From Camelus dromedarius (Eukaryota): a stretch of DNA of 64,000 nt. The DNA is taken from contig NC_087437.1 of the NCBI RefSeq assembly GCF_036321535.1, forward strand, positions 47,060,001 to 47,124,000. The letters are read 5' to 3'. Under the pieces are notes generated by a model. That model did not search any database. It was not told the origin of the DNA and saw only the letters and a list, made by a program, of their open reading frames with translations. The translations under genes were made by a program, and so were the position numbers. This document shows positions 13,218-25,993 of the stretch, piece by piece; positions within the stretch are counted from its first letter, which is position 1, and every line of letters starts with the position of its first letter.

Positions 13218-13849
13218 AGAAAGGGTTTTGTTTGTGACTTTTAACCTTCAATTCCAGGTGTTTTAAGACAGTTATCAGGAAGTTGGCAGGCCATACAATT
13301 TAGAGAACCGTTTCAGAAGGCAGGCTCTGGGAGGTGTCAGAGAAGCAGTCTGCTCTTGAATTGCTCCCTGGGCTTCCGATCCAGACAGAGGCAGCAGCCC
13401 TGCCCATCCATGCAACACTTTCCCCTCCCTCCGCCTCAGAAACAAGTCCTGCTGGGATAGCTCTCTTTAACACTCACACAACGGGGCATTCCCTCAGCTG
13501 ATCTCTGACACCCAGTGTCCTGCAGGTGGGCTTCTTGGGAAGGTCTCAAAGCCAAAAGGATTCAAACTGGAATTGCAAAGGAAGTTTATAAAGGAGATAT
13601 TTCCCTACTGGACCCTCTTATTGAACTGAGGGTGTTCTTTTTTTCATGCATGTTAAAGTAAGTTTCCTCTCTCTCTTTCTTTTGTTAACTTCATCTTTCT
13701 AAATGCATTTCTCAGCCCATCAATGTGTTTTTAGCTTCCCTTGTGATCTCTAAGTAATTTGGACTCTGAGGTCTGCACCTTAAATTCTCTCAGCAAATCA
13801 TCCTCTTTCTCCAACCTGCTGCTTTTCCCTTTGGGTTGCATTTCCTGTC

Positions 13850-14720
13850 TCTACTAATGGCATCCTTTTTAACACAGTCTCCTGACTCACAACCTAGAGG
13901 GCATCTTTGACTTCTGCTTCTTCCTACCTCCACCCCCGCCCACACACTGCACCCAAGTCCTACCACTTCCATGTCTCACACCACCCCATGTTTTACCTTC
14001 CTGCTTCCACCATCCTGCCTCAGGTTCTCACCTGGAACCTCTCCAGTCCCCAGCCTGCACTGCTCACTTTCAGCATCACCGTTCTGATGTGTCCCATGTC
14101 ACACTGAAAGTTCAACCTTTCTCAAATATATATATGTATAATTTATTTCCAAGTTCTTATGTTTTTAAATGTCCAAGGTTCTCCAGGGTCTCCAGAATAA
14201 ATTTTTTATATGACCATTCAAAGCCTTGTAAGTAAATGCCCTAACTCACCCTTCCAACATTCTTTCACTCCTCCTCATAGGTACTTTGCAGTCTGGTCCA
14301 GTAGATTTCAAATTATATACATTTTTGGAACCCTAGTGTTTATGGAAATGCTATAGAATCCATGTCAGGGGCTAACAGTGGGGAAGGAGATGCTGAAGAG
14401 GTAAGCCCCTGCCCCTAATTCCATTATATTTATTAAAATTTATATTTTTATTTAATAGTTATATTACATTTAATGTATAAATCTATTATATTTTAATCTT
14501 ATATACAAAAGTTCCACTGTTTTAAAAAATAGTAATGAGTTTTAAGCCAGCTGCTCTCTTATAACTGAAAACTTTTCTAAGTTCTGAACATCCGACCCCA
14601 TGTCCCTGTCTTTCACCACTGTGCTCTCCAGCTGGCTGAACTGCGTTTTCATTCTCCCCACCCATTTCTGCATCTCCAGATTCAGCGTCTCTTCCAAACC
14701 CATCTTAGATGCACATCTTC
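13850..14720 (+). mobile_element. L2 LINE fragments, interrupted at about 14300-14553 by a probable hAT-type element
   Basis: Pyrimidine-rich L2-like sequence (ggcatctttgacttc..caagtcctaccacttc..cattcaaagcc). The insert begins ccagtagatttcaaa and ends aaagttccactg..aagccagctg. Confidence 0.5.
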
Positions 14721-17700
14721 CGTCACTAATCCAAGAGAGCCCCTTTCTGTCTCCACCCTAGAGATGAAGTTCTCTCCTCTACCCTGAGGGAGAGACCACA
14801 GGGAAGCTCTGCTGGCTGGCAGGTTTCCACTGTGTGCACAAGTAGATCAGAGGCAGGCCGGCTGGAGAACCCCAAAGACAAAACCCCGAAGGATTCTTTG
14901 AGGCACTCCACCTCTCATGTAGGCCTCTCTACTTCTTTCAGATGAAATGCTTATGTGTCAACAGACAGGCAAAATGCCTTGGTCAGAAGGCTCTCTCAGG
15001 TGGCCATTTAGGAAACAGATTCCCAAGCAATCAACTTGATTTCTACCACCCTCCTTCAAATCCTCACATTGTCTTTTGGGGGGAGCCATCCCTTGAGAAG
15101 GGGTTCTTACCTCTATTACAAACTTTCCCTTCCTGTGTGTGCTCTCAACTTTGGCTTCCCACACCCATTTATCCAGCAAGCTGTCCCACCCACATTTCAT
15201 CTTCCAGAAATTTACCCAAAACCCTTCCTCTCAGTGGTTTGAACTAGAGTTCCTCACACTTCACTGAACTCATGTTTTTGATGAAGTACATTCAAAGATC
15301 CAAGCATTGTTTTGGCTAAGGGAAGATATATCTTGGTTAAGAGTTAAAGAAGTTCGACAAGATGAAAAGGATTGAGTAGGAAACTGAACAAATGCAGAGA
15401 GGAAATGAATAAAGTCTGTGCTGGACAAAACTGAAGACAAAGCAGGTAAAAGTCCTCAAATTCAGGTGTTCTAGTAGCTGAAACATATGAAATAAGAAAG
15501 ACCCAGATCCGAGTCTGATGCTAAGAGAGCGGCAGCCTCAGTCTTCTTTACAGTTCTTTTGGGAATGAGCAGTTCTTACCAACAGATGTTAAAAGGGCTG
15601 GCAGAGCATTTACCTGTGGTGAAACGCCAAATGTGGTAGCAGCAGGATGTTCTCTAATTCTCATGCTACTTAAATGCAAAAATTATTTCCCATAGAGGCA
15701 GTATATGATGCTGTTAACTTCATTCAGAAGGACTGTGTTCAGATTTTATTAAGACTCTTTATAGCAACCATGAAAACAATGAGAAAGGCAAAGGTATTTT
15801 CATCACGCAGCTAAAGTTTTGTCCATGCTTCCAAACCAATATGATGACTTTTATTGATAATCAATTGAAGTCAGGGGAGAAAAAATGGTTGCTTCATTCA
15901 GCAAGCATGCACTAATCAATTAAGTGACCCATTAAGAAACAGTCAGTTCTACAAAAAATGATTGAAATTGCATGTCTCTCTGGTGTGTATGTGTTTGTAT
16001 TCAACCAAAAGTAGGACATATCAATAAAATAACAAGCCTTTGGTTATCATGGCCACCCAGAATGCACTTAGATGCACTTGGTCTATGACTTCTAATGGCC
16101 CTTCTTAAAAACAATAGAGCAGAGCAAAGATTTGTTTCCATACATACTCTTAGGAAGGATAATGGAAACAACAGAGTCTGTGTGCATTTGTGGATGTGCT
16201 TATCCACTGGAGGTAGAAAGACACAGAAGCTCAGGAATGAATCACCACCTCTAGAACCAAAGTGCCTGCAGCCACTGGGTCTAACTTCATTTCCGTGGAA
16301 ATGAGGCAGTTCAGCCATGCACAGAAATTAAAGTGTACAGGGGGAAAGTGCTAAACAAAATGTGAATTGTATTGGAATCTAAAATGCCACTGGTTCCATT
16401 ATCGTATGCTTTATGTGATCATGAGGCAAAACAGCCTGGGTAATGAGAGGTCACGATCGCTAAAAATCGTAGCACTAATGGCTCTAACCCACTGGTGAGA
16501 AGCAGTGATCTCAATAAAATGCAACACTGATGGGAAAAGCTTCATTGGGAAAAGGCTGACATCTGTACTATAGGGAGATAGAAACAGAGAAACCTTCTCA
16601 ATCTTCCTAAAAATCTGTTGTTTCAACAAATAATGCCTTTTCAAATCAGTTGGGAAATTTCTGCTGCAAGTGCTTGCTCTGAATGTTACTTCTACCTAGA
16701 CTCCAATCTTCTGACTTTCCCTTGAGTGAGAGAATCAGCCAGCTGTGTCTGTACCATTTTGGGGAACATTCTTGGAGATGGTACATGTGGTCAATAACGT
16801 TCAGGATTTGAGAGGCCTGTGGTTAAGTGGTATGCAAGGAAGCTGCGAGGAAAAGAAGATGGCTCAAGTTGGAGCCAAGTATCACTTGAGGCTTAAAAAT
16901 ATTCATTCAGCCCCTGAGCCTCCCACCATAGCCTGCATATACTCAGGGTGAGGCTAGAGAATATTATAGGGGTTATTCAGGAAGATACGTTATTATTCTG
17001 AGGACACAGGGGAGATACTGGGTTTTAAGTAGAAGATATGATCCCGTGGGCACTGGAAAGATCCCTTTAGTGGTGCAATGGCTTGCAGTGGGGAAAGAAA
17101 ATAAAAAGCAGAGATGTTAGGTAGTCAGTGTACGTGCCTCTGCCCCCATTCTACATAATGCCAGATAGCAGCATCCTCCTACTGCTCTCTGGCTCTCCAG
17201 ATCAATTTCTTTGGTCTCCTGCCTCCTCTGGGCTAAGTATCAGGCTTTGATTTAAGACTGAGGATCTTAACTTAGATTAGAATTCTACAACAATGACTTG
17301 AAACCAGGTATGGTCAGGAGTAGGGGTTCTGTCTGGAAGGGGACACTGGAATTTCCCAGCAAGGAAATTTCAAGCAACATCAGGACCCTGACTCTGCCCC
17401 CTCTCTCTTATCCTCGAACACCTGAAATTCTGAAGCTATCTTCTAGAGGAGCCTGTGTCCTCTCCACCACCCCATGAGGGGGATTCAAGCCACGACGAGC
17501 TGCATGAATAATGAGAGTGTCATTTGCTTGAGTGTGACTGGAGGAGGGAGAAGACTGAATCAGTCTGCTGGAATATGAGGTGGTATTGCTCTGTTTTGAA
17601 ACCCAGAGAAAAATTTATTCCAGGTGGACTACTGTCCCTCTTCCTTTCAGAACAGAGCTTTTTACGGTTTGAGGAAGAGAAGTTAAAGAACCATTACCAC

Positions 17701-18117
17701 TGGTTAAACAGTGGATTCTATTAAAAGAGGTGTTAATTCTCATTGTGTTGCCTTTCAACAGCTCATGAAAACAACAGGGAAGCTGCAAGAGTAATTCACA
17801 AAACTGATTTGCCTGCTTTGACTAACAGTCTGTCCATAAACCTGTTCAACTCCTATTTCTGATTCTTCTCCCTCACCCCCCATTCTTCCTTTTAGTTATG
17901 CCTTCATCTCTTAATCTCATCTTTCCCTGCATCCCTAGTCATTACAATTACTTCCTTCTGCCTCTTAATTCAGTTTACTAATAACCATTTGAATATTAAA
18001 ACAATAAATAAAATTTCTCTTTATGCGAAATTACCAGGTGAAAGTATCTTTCAAACTTAGAGTCTAGAACACTCTGTTTGCCAATAGAGAGATAAATTGT
18101 TATGTTCATATTCTCAC

Positions 18118-18493
18118 TGGCAACCAAAAAAAAACAAAAGTTTACTTGGAGTCTTAATAATTACAATTCAGGAGACACAGATTTGGGTCAAACAGAAAGA
18201 GTGTTCCGGGGAAGAGAAAGGGTCAGAGGTTTGTAAAGGCAAAAGCCATGTGGCTGTGCTCTGACACAAGAAAGAATTTGTCCTTAAGTCATGGCAATCA
18301 GGAATAGTTTTAGTGTAAGTGTCCCATAAGTTTCTGGAAGATGTTCTGGATGCCTTCAGTTGGACAGTAAGTGGTCAAAGGGTCAGATTCCATCCAGGCT
18401 GAGATGCACATGTCACATTTCCTCGGTGGCCTCCCAGCTCCATTTAGAGAGCTCTATTAGCAATACCAACTCCATTTTTATTTCCTTTTCACA
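18118..18493 (-). mobile_element. ERV1-type solo LTR
   Basis: TG...CA termini; the minus strand starts TGTGAAAAGGAAATAAAAAATGGAGT; about 375 bp; caattcaggagacacagatttggg resembles ERV1 LTR ends. No clean TSD. Confidence 0.6.
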
Positions 18494-19063
18494 TCCTGAG
18501 GAACAGATAATTGAGTGAGAAGTGAGTGTAGTGCTTGCTTCCCTTCATGATCCCACAGGTGGCAGACTCCCAGGGGACGAAGGATCCATTCTCTCTTTCC
18601 TTCCTAACTATACCTTCTTCTCTCCTCTCTGGGTGCCTATGTGTATATTTCACCATATTTGAAAATGCCTATTTCCCATTTCCCTTTCAATTTACTGTAA
18701 TATGGATCTAAAAATACATGTTTCAGCAATTTTAATATATGATGAAGTTTTATTGTTCGATTCACCATCTTTCTCCTGTGTGGAGAGCATTACACTTAAG
18801 AGTCACGGGATAATTTTTTACAAGTTTAGACTCTTACAAAAGGCTTCTCTGTCCTCTGCAAGATATAGCTTCCTTTCTCTCCCTCAGACTGTCCTATCAA
18901 TGTCCTTGTCATTATTCAAGACCTAGCTAAAATCATACATCCTCTAAGAAATGTCCCTAATTCTTCAAGTCAAAATTAATCTTTTCTTTCCATTTATTTT
19001 TATAGCACTATAGACTTATATTTTTATTCCCCTCTTCATTCAATCAGTCATCCATTCATTCAC

Positions 19064-19421
19064 TATAATGGACTGAATTGTGTCTCCTCCAAATCTCATA
19101 TGTTGAAGCTTCGACTCCCATTGTGACTACACTTGGAGACTGGGCCTTTAAGGAGGTAATTAAGGTTAAGTGAGGTGGTAAGGGTGGCTCCCTATTCCAA
19201 TAGGACTAATGTCTTTATAAGAGGAAGAGACACCAGAGGGGCATGCACGCACAGAGGAGGTGGTCACCTGTAAGCCAAGGAGAGAGGCCTCCAGAGAAAC
19301 CAAACTGCCAGCACCTTGATCTTGAACTTCCAGCCTCCAGAATTGTGAGAAAATAAGTTTCTGTTGTTTAAACCACCCAGTCTGTGGTGTTTCGTTATGG
19401 TGGCCCTGGAAGACCAATACA
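19064..19421 (+). mobile_element. MLT1A-like MaLR solo LTR
   Basis: atggactgaattgtgtctcctccaaa..tcatatgttgaagc..gcctttaaggaggtaattaagg..cttccagcctccagaattgtgag..accaataca. Confidence 0.9.
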
Positions 19422-20814
19422 CTTTTCAAATGTGCAATGCAAGTCTACTATACATTAGGCCTGTTCATCAGGGCTCCTATATAACACAGTCTACTCTGTA
19501 TGAGTTGTATCGATGCATGAGGCTTCCCTCCTCTGCTCAAAAAGAAGCTCTTTGTGGACAGGTCCAACTCAGAGCTGAGCACAGGCCTGCAGTAGAGTAC
19601 AGGTTTATTCATCTGCTGAATTCAAATCAAACTTTGCTGAAGCTACACATTGGCCCTGGGGAAGAGGCAGGCGTTTGCAGTTTGACAGATGACATTCCCT
19701 TTCCTTGGGGCATATTTCAACCCCTCCTCCGAGCAGTCATGCTGCACGTTTTTATCTCACATTTTTGGCCTGAGCCCTCCTGACACCTAAACTCAGAAGC
19801 TTCTGAACTCAGGGAGTACAGTTCATGACAAGGCTTCTGGCCATGGCCACGGCTGCTGGATTCCCCTTCCACCCAGTGCACTGTCAGCCCAAGAAAGACA
19901 ATTGTGTTTTATACCCACTGCTTTCCCTCTCATGCACACCCTGCTTTTCTTTGTACTAACAACTCAGTTTGTTTTCACATTTGAAAAAGAAGAAACAAGA
20001 TGCATAAAAAGCCTCTCTCTCTCCACCCCCTTTGGCTTTTTACAGTTGACTGCAAAAGACTGTCCAAGTTCAGGAAAATTGATTTTTGCCATTTAAATAA
20101 TCTCATCTTCACAAACCTTTTAACATCCAAACAAAAACATTTAAGGCACAGCAAGATAATTAATATTGAAAATAGTCTCCACAGGGGATCTGCATTCCTA
20201 CCTGCACACATTCTCCATCAGAGGAAGCATCTAGTTGGTAGTTTCAAGTTTATGGCAAGGTTTACCTCATCAATATGAATTCTATTTTAATAGACCTTTC
20301 CTTGCACATATTTTACAAATTGATTAACTTAACTGGCCAAATACTAATTAAAAATGCATTAGGAAAGCGTTTGTATTCAACAGCTTTGCTAATATTCTTG
20401 TTGATGTTTTCAAAGCCCATTGAGTTAGGAAATCAGCACCGTGGAGTCTGTTTTTCTGCCGTCGCCTCCCTCATAAACTCACTGGTGCTGATGGGGACTG
20501 CACTGGGAGGGAGAGCTGAGCCAGGAGGAGAAGAGAAGTCATTATCTAAAGGCCAAATGCCACCATTAGCATTGTAAGCAAATTCAAGATGTCCACAAGC
20601 ATGACAATATCCCTTCCCCTATAATTCACCTTGACTTTTTGTGAATTAAGAGCATTCAGTGGAACTGACTGATAAAGTAAGACTGATAAAAACCCTGCCT
20701 AGTGAGAACCCCCAGCCTCCTGCAATCCTGCAAATACTCCTCATTCCCAGCCTCTTTCTTGTGCCAAAACCCCTTTTCCTCCAGAGAGTCAGTTCTAATC
20801 ACATCTGTCCCTAA

Positions 20815-20965
20815 GACAGGAGTTCTTACTCTAAAGTTCATGAGCAGGCATATGGAAATCTGTGAACTTCCTGATTTGGGAATATACAAACATATTTCTG
20901 GAGAGAGGATGCACAGGTCTCAGCAGATCTTTAAAGATAACCATGACCCTAGAAACGCCACAAAC
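20815..20965. mobile_element. Short hAT-Charlie-type DNA transposon remnant
   Basis: caggagttctta..atttctggagagaggatgcacagg..cagatctttaaag..catgaccc resembles ancient hAT MITEs. Confidence 0.5.
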
Positions 20966-21059
20966 AAGAATCTTTCACCCCACTGGGTGCTATTTCCCCC
21001 TTATTATGCTCCATAATAAGGAGCATAATAAGCAATGGTTTATTGCTTTTCTGAAGATG

Positions 21060-21410
21060 GCCAGTGCCTTCTCCCTCTCAAGTATCTGCTCATCTGTGTC
21101 ATATACCTGGACTGTGCCCCACCTCCACTGCCTGATTCTCTTACTCATCCTTTGGATGTTTGAGTAACTATCAGTCTGACTGCCTCCTTCTCCAGAATAC
21201 TCCCCCTATTTCTTTCAAGGCACTTGTTACAGTTTATAACTTCATATCTGTATAATTATATGACTAATATTTGTCTCACACTAGACTGTAAGTTTCATAA
21301 GGGTAGAAATCACGCCTGTCTTCTTCATCATTTTGTCAGAACTTGGAACATTGTATACAGCTTATAATATTTGCTGCATGGATGGGAAATGCATGAATAA
21401 TAAATGAATT
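21060..21410 (+). mobile_element. L2 LINE 3' region
   Basis: ttgtctcacactagactgtaagtttcataagggtag..aatatttgctgcatggatg..taaatgaat. Confidence 0.75.
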
Positions 21411-22761
21411 CATGAGTACCCCAAGCCCTACTTTACACAAAGCCTCCTACAACTAAACTGGTTTATGCAGCCCTCTTAATTTTCTGAAATTCTAAATTCT
21501 CAAGCACATAGAGACACCATTCATTTGAACAATGTTTTCTTGTTACCTGCGATTTCATCTAGTAAGTCTTGTGTACTTAGCTGGCCTAAGAGCTCTTTGG
21601 GACAGAGATGGGTCTTATTCTCCTTTCACGGCTTCCACCTCACTTGACGTGGTTGAGCACACATTAGGAAAAAATCAGATTCCGTCTGATACCCCACAGC
21701 AAGTCAGCCAACTGTAGTGCAGTCGGTTCCACACTAATTTACAATATTAGATAAGGTAAATATGTGACCTGCCTTTCAGATGATCATCAGCTCCCTGGGA
21801 GCCGGCGTTTTCCTTCTCCCCCAGAACGTATAGGGTGCTGCTGGATACTTAGCAGATTCAGCCAGCTTTATGGTGACCATAATGTGCAGCATTGGGTTAG
21901 GCAGTCAGTAGCTCTACTTTCTATAAGACCTAAAAAAAAAAAAAGCATAAATGGGAAAAACATTAAACCTAGTCTGAGTTTTCTTATCTCCTTTGCTTTC
22001 CCCAAGTTGTCCCTTCCTCACTGCAGAGGGCTGAAGACCATCACACCAGTCCCCACTGGGCCACCTGAATGGGCATCCTACTGGGCTTCTTGCCCCCACT
22101 TCTTACAGCTGTTTTTGACTGAATTATTTTATATCACTCCATCCAGATGCCCCAACAATGTTTTCTTCTCAGGTAGAAACCTGCAGTATGAACTACAGGG
22201 ATAGTCCAAATCTTTTTCATTTACTTTCCAACTGCTATTCACTTTCAAGACAAACACATACACTTAGTCAGGCATTTGACTGACTGATGGGTAAATTCTG
22301 GACAGGTTAGAAGGAGAGGATCAAGATGGATTACTGTGCCTGGATGCCCAGAAGCTCAGGTAATGGGCATATTTCATAACTCAATCAACAAAGACCTGAA
22401 GGCAGCATTTGTCTTGTATCATTATTTATGATCAAGGAGGCAGGAGAAAAATGCATGATATTTGTGAACCAGAAGAGATCCTGTTTAATATCCTAGAAAG
22501 AAGTAATAGCATAGCAACTATAAAACTGGTTTTGCTTTTGTGCCTTAGGATGTACCATGCTCTCAGAATCAGAACATGGCAATAGTATACCTCCTTTTGG
22601 GAGATCACAATATCAAACTGTGTGTCTTTTTAGTAATGTTAGCCACAACTCTATCTAGGAGAGCAAATAACAACACCAATTTCCAGGTAGAACATCAAAC
22701 ATCAAAAATCTCCAGATAGAATAGTGTGTTTTGTCACAAAACAGCCTTAGTGTAAACCCCA

Positions 22762-23157
22762 TGGATTAATTTGTTGGGCTGCCATAACAAGATGTCACAG
22801 ACTAGGTGACCTGAACAAGAGAAATTTATCTTCTTTCAAGTCTAGAGAACCTATGGCTAGAAGACCAAGATCAAAGCATCAACAAGTTTGGCTTCTGAGG
22901 CCCTTTCCATGGGTTGCAGATGGTCACCTTCTCACTGTATTCTCACATGGCCTCCCCTTGGTCTATGTGTTGTCTGTATCCTAATCTCCTCTTCTTATAG
23001 GGACACTAGTCATATTGGATTAAAGTCCACTCATATGACCTCATTTTACCTTAATTACATCTTTAAAGGCCCTGTCTCCAAATAGTCACATTCTGAGACA
23101 TTGAGGGTAAGAACTTCAACATATGAATTTGGGAGAGATACAGCTTAGCACATAACA
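22762..23157 (-). mobile_element. MLT1A/B-like MaLR solo LTR
   Basis: gggctgccataaca..ctaatctcctcttcttatagggacac..ttaccttaattacatctttaaaggccc..ttcaacatatgaatttggg..cataaca. Confidence 0.9.
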
Positions 23158-23199
23158 CTCCGCTTCCTTAAATTAACATTATCTTCTCTTAACCTGTCT

Positions 23200-24323
23200 C
23201 TGTGTACTTTCCCTACCCAAATCATACTGTAGCCAGAAATATTTCTTAAACACAATTTTGACCTTGTCATCCTTCTGCTTAAAAAGAAATTTAAAACGAA
23301 TCGCTTATAGATTATGGAATGAAGTCCACACTCTAGCTAGTCACACAGAGCCCCTTCTGGTTCCGGTTTCCCGTATGTCTCTTTCATTCCCAAACTAATT
23401 GACCCTTCCCTCTTCTCGGTACTGGTCTCTCACTTTACAGCTTGATGGCAAGCTTCCTTCTGCCTGTAATACACCACACCTCCACCTCCACCCCAGACAC
23501 ATCTACCCCAGCACCTCACACCACCACCATCCTCCAACATCTCTATCATCAGTGCCATCCTTCTAAGTCCAAATTCTATTCATTTTTCAAAGGATTCTTA
23601 AATTCTTCTTCCTCCAGGCATTCTCAAATACCTTCTTCCAGTTAAATATGTCTTGATACCTCCAATAGAAACTAATCTCTCCTTATTCCAAACTCTCATT
23701 CCAACCAAACTTAAGAGAACAACAGAACATAGAAATACGTTCTCTTCTTTGGAAACAGGATCTACATTAGTTTTCTGAGGCTACAATAACAAGTTACTAC
23801 AAATTTGGTAGCAGAAGCAACATTACTTTATTCTGTCACAGTTCTGGAGGCCAGAAGTTTGAAACCAAGGCATTGGTAGGGCAGCACTCTACCTTGAGAA
23901 ACTAGGTAGAATTAATTTCCTTCCTTTTCCAACACCTGGTGGCTGTTGTCATTCTTTGACTTGTGGCCACATCACTCCAATCTCTGCCTCCATGGTCATG
24001 TTGCCTCCTCTTCTTCTGTTTGTGTCAAATCTCCTCTGCCTTTTTCTCATAAAGACATTTATTGGGTTTAGGGTCCACCTGAATAACCCCAAACTATCCC
24101 CTCTTTTCAAGATTCCTAACTATATCTGCAAAAACCCTTTTTCTAAATAAATGATGAATAATGTCACAGGTTTGGGGAATTATGACATGAACGTTTCTTT
24201 TTGAGGGTCATCATTCAATCTGCTACTGCATTCTCAAATCTGATCCATCTTTATATTCCCACTGTGTCTAACAGTATCTCACATAGTAGGTGTGTGATAA
24301 ATATTTGTGGAGTGGATGAATAA
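23200..24323 (+). mobile_element. L2 LINE 3' region, split by an MLT1 LTR
   Basis: L2-like sequence at about 23200-23760 resumes after the LTR with atctttatattccc..cacatagtaggtgtgtgataaatatttgtggagtggatgaa. Confidence 0.65.
23763..24230 (-). mobile_element. MLT1C/D-like MaLR solo LTR
   Basis: tacattagttttct..tcacagttctggaggccagaagt..cttgtggccacatcactccaatctctgcctcc..atctgcaaaaacccttttt..cattcaatctgctac. Confidence 0.9.
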
Positions 24324-25289
24324 CCAGTAAAGTAACTTGCTAGTTCAATCCTAACCATTGAGGAATTGTTCACTGAATGAACAAACTGTTAGTCTGAAAT
24401 AACACAATCAGCAGACTGATCTGGTGTTGCTAGGACAAAGGTGTCAGGCATTGCTGATGCAAAAAATAAAGGAGAATAATTGGTGGATTTCTGGTATAAA
24501 CCTCTAAGCCAGATAAATTACTTATTCATAATTTTTACCTCTTTTTAAATTCATTATTTAGGTACTTTTCACTTTTTAATCAAAGTATATTTCCATTACT
24601 GTTTCAGTGTATTCTAAATACTTCAGTGCCAGGAGTGCTGAAATGTCTCATGATACTCCTATATAAGACAAAATAAAATTGACTCTTATTAAGTTTTAAT
24701 TTCACATGTTTATAAACATTTCTTACAGAGCACCAGATTTGTATATTCCCCATAGTAAAGTGTAGATCATTAATGATTTAAAATATAGCATTGTTTTGCA
24801 TGAAGCCATCATTTACATTGTAGGCAGATATTGTAAACAGCATATATTGCAGCTTGTAGTTGATATTTCAAAAAATAAATAAATCTACTTTTGTTTTTTA
24901 TTTTAGCATAGCTACATTTTTTTTGCAATATAGAAAAAACCTGTTTAAAATAATACCTTAAGAGTGGGCAACACATTATACTCTTCAACTGTATTCCTGT
25001 ACTGCATTTTCTCATTAAACCATGTAACAACCCTGAAAGAAAAGTAAAACCCACTTTATTCAAATATCTAATCACTGACAAGGCTCTTTTCAGAATGTAG
25101 TCTTGTAATGATCAATAAAATCCCTTTCACAGAGGAAAAATACTCATTAGGACCAATAAAGATAAAGAAACTTTTTTTCTACTGAGCTTCTTAAAATCCA
25201 AGGTCTCTCCATTCTGTGTCAAGATAAAAAGACATGTGATCTAGAAAAAAATCAATGGAAAAATACATCCTTGGAATAACTGAATAATG

Positions 25290-25430
25290 ACTATTAGAGT
25301 TGTAAAGAGTCTTGGAAATCACATAGGGCTCAGACTTAGTGTATCTCAAAGGGGCTAAGTGACTTTTCCAAAGTCACAGGGTTCCTGGAGAGTCAGAACC
25401 ACAACCCAGGTCTCCTGATTCCCAGTCCTG
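25290..25430 (-). mobile_element. MIR/MIR3 SINE fragment
   Basis: aagtgacttttccaaagtcacag..aacccaggtctcctgattcccagtcc. Confidence 0.7.
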
Positions 25431-25559
25431 TGAGGACATGAGAACATTCAGAATCTGCCATAGACTTGGCGGTGCACAGTCAGTATATCACATGGAGCAA
25501 TCAGGTGACGTGATTGTAAAGATCTTGTGTGTTATTTGGGTGTAGGAAGAGGGGAAGCC

Positions 25560-25757
25560 CAGGTGTGCTGGAGGTGGCACCTACAAGCTGCTTACTAGAA
25601 TCTTCTCAGCTTTGTGTTTACTGCTGTCACAGTGGTAGACTGAGTGGCCAGGATGGGAGAATTTATACTGTGGAAATCAACAATTGCTACAGATTAGGCC
25701 TTTATTGGGGGAGGGGAAGAGGATAGCCAGTTGTTAAATATTTACCAGTTTACTTCT
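25560..25757. mobile_element. MER63A-like hAT-Blackjack element
   Basis: ggtgtgctggag..gatgggagaatttatactgtggaaatc..gctacagattagg..ccagttgttaaatatttaccag. Confidence 0.7.
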
Positions 25758-25906
25758 CTAAAACCCTCTCTCTCCCACCTCAGTAAGAGCAGTGTTCACC
25801 TTTGATTCCCCAGACAGTAGATCCATCCAGCCTGGAATGCCATTTTGTCACCTGCTGTTAGCCTGGTAAACATCTATTTACCTCCCAAGTCTCAGCTCAA
25901 AAAGTC

Positions 25907-25929
25907 CTCTCTCTCTCTCTGACTCTCTC

Positions 25930-25991
<62 letters not shown>
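25907..25991. repeat. Compound (CT)n(CA)n microsatellite within an L2 fragment (about 25780-26190)
   Basis: Directly visible; uninterrupted CA run at 25935-25991. Confidence 0.95.

Positions 25992-25993
<2 letters not shown>

Noticed and set aside
19364..19783. 139-aa ORF
   Set aside because: Begins inside an MLT1 LTR and has no recognisable domain.
21764..22204. 146-aa ORF
   Set aside because: Non-ATG start, runs through a poly(A) tract, and has no recognisable homology.
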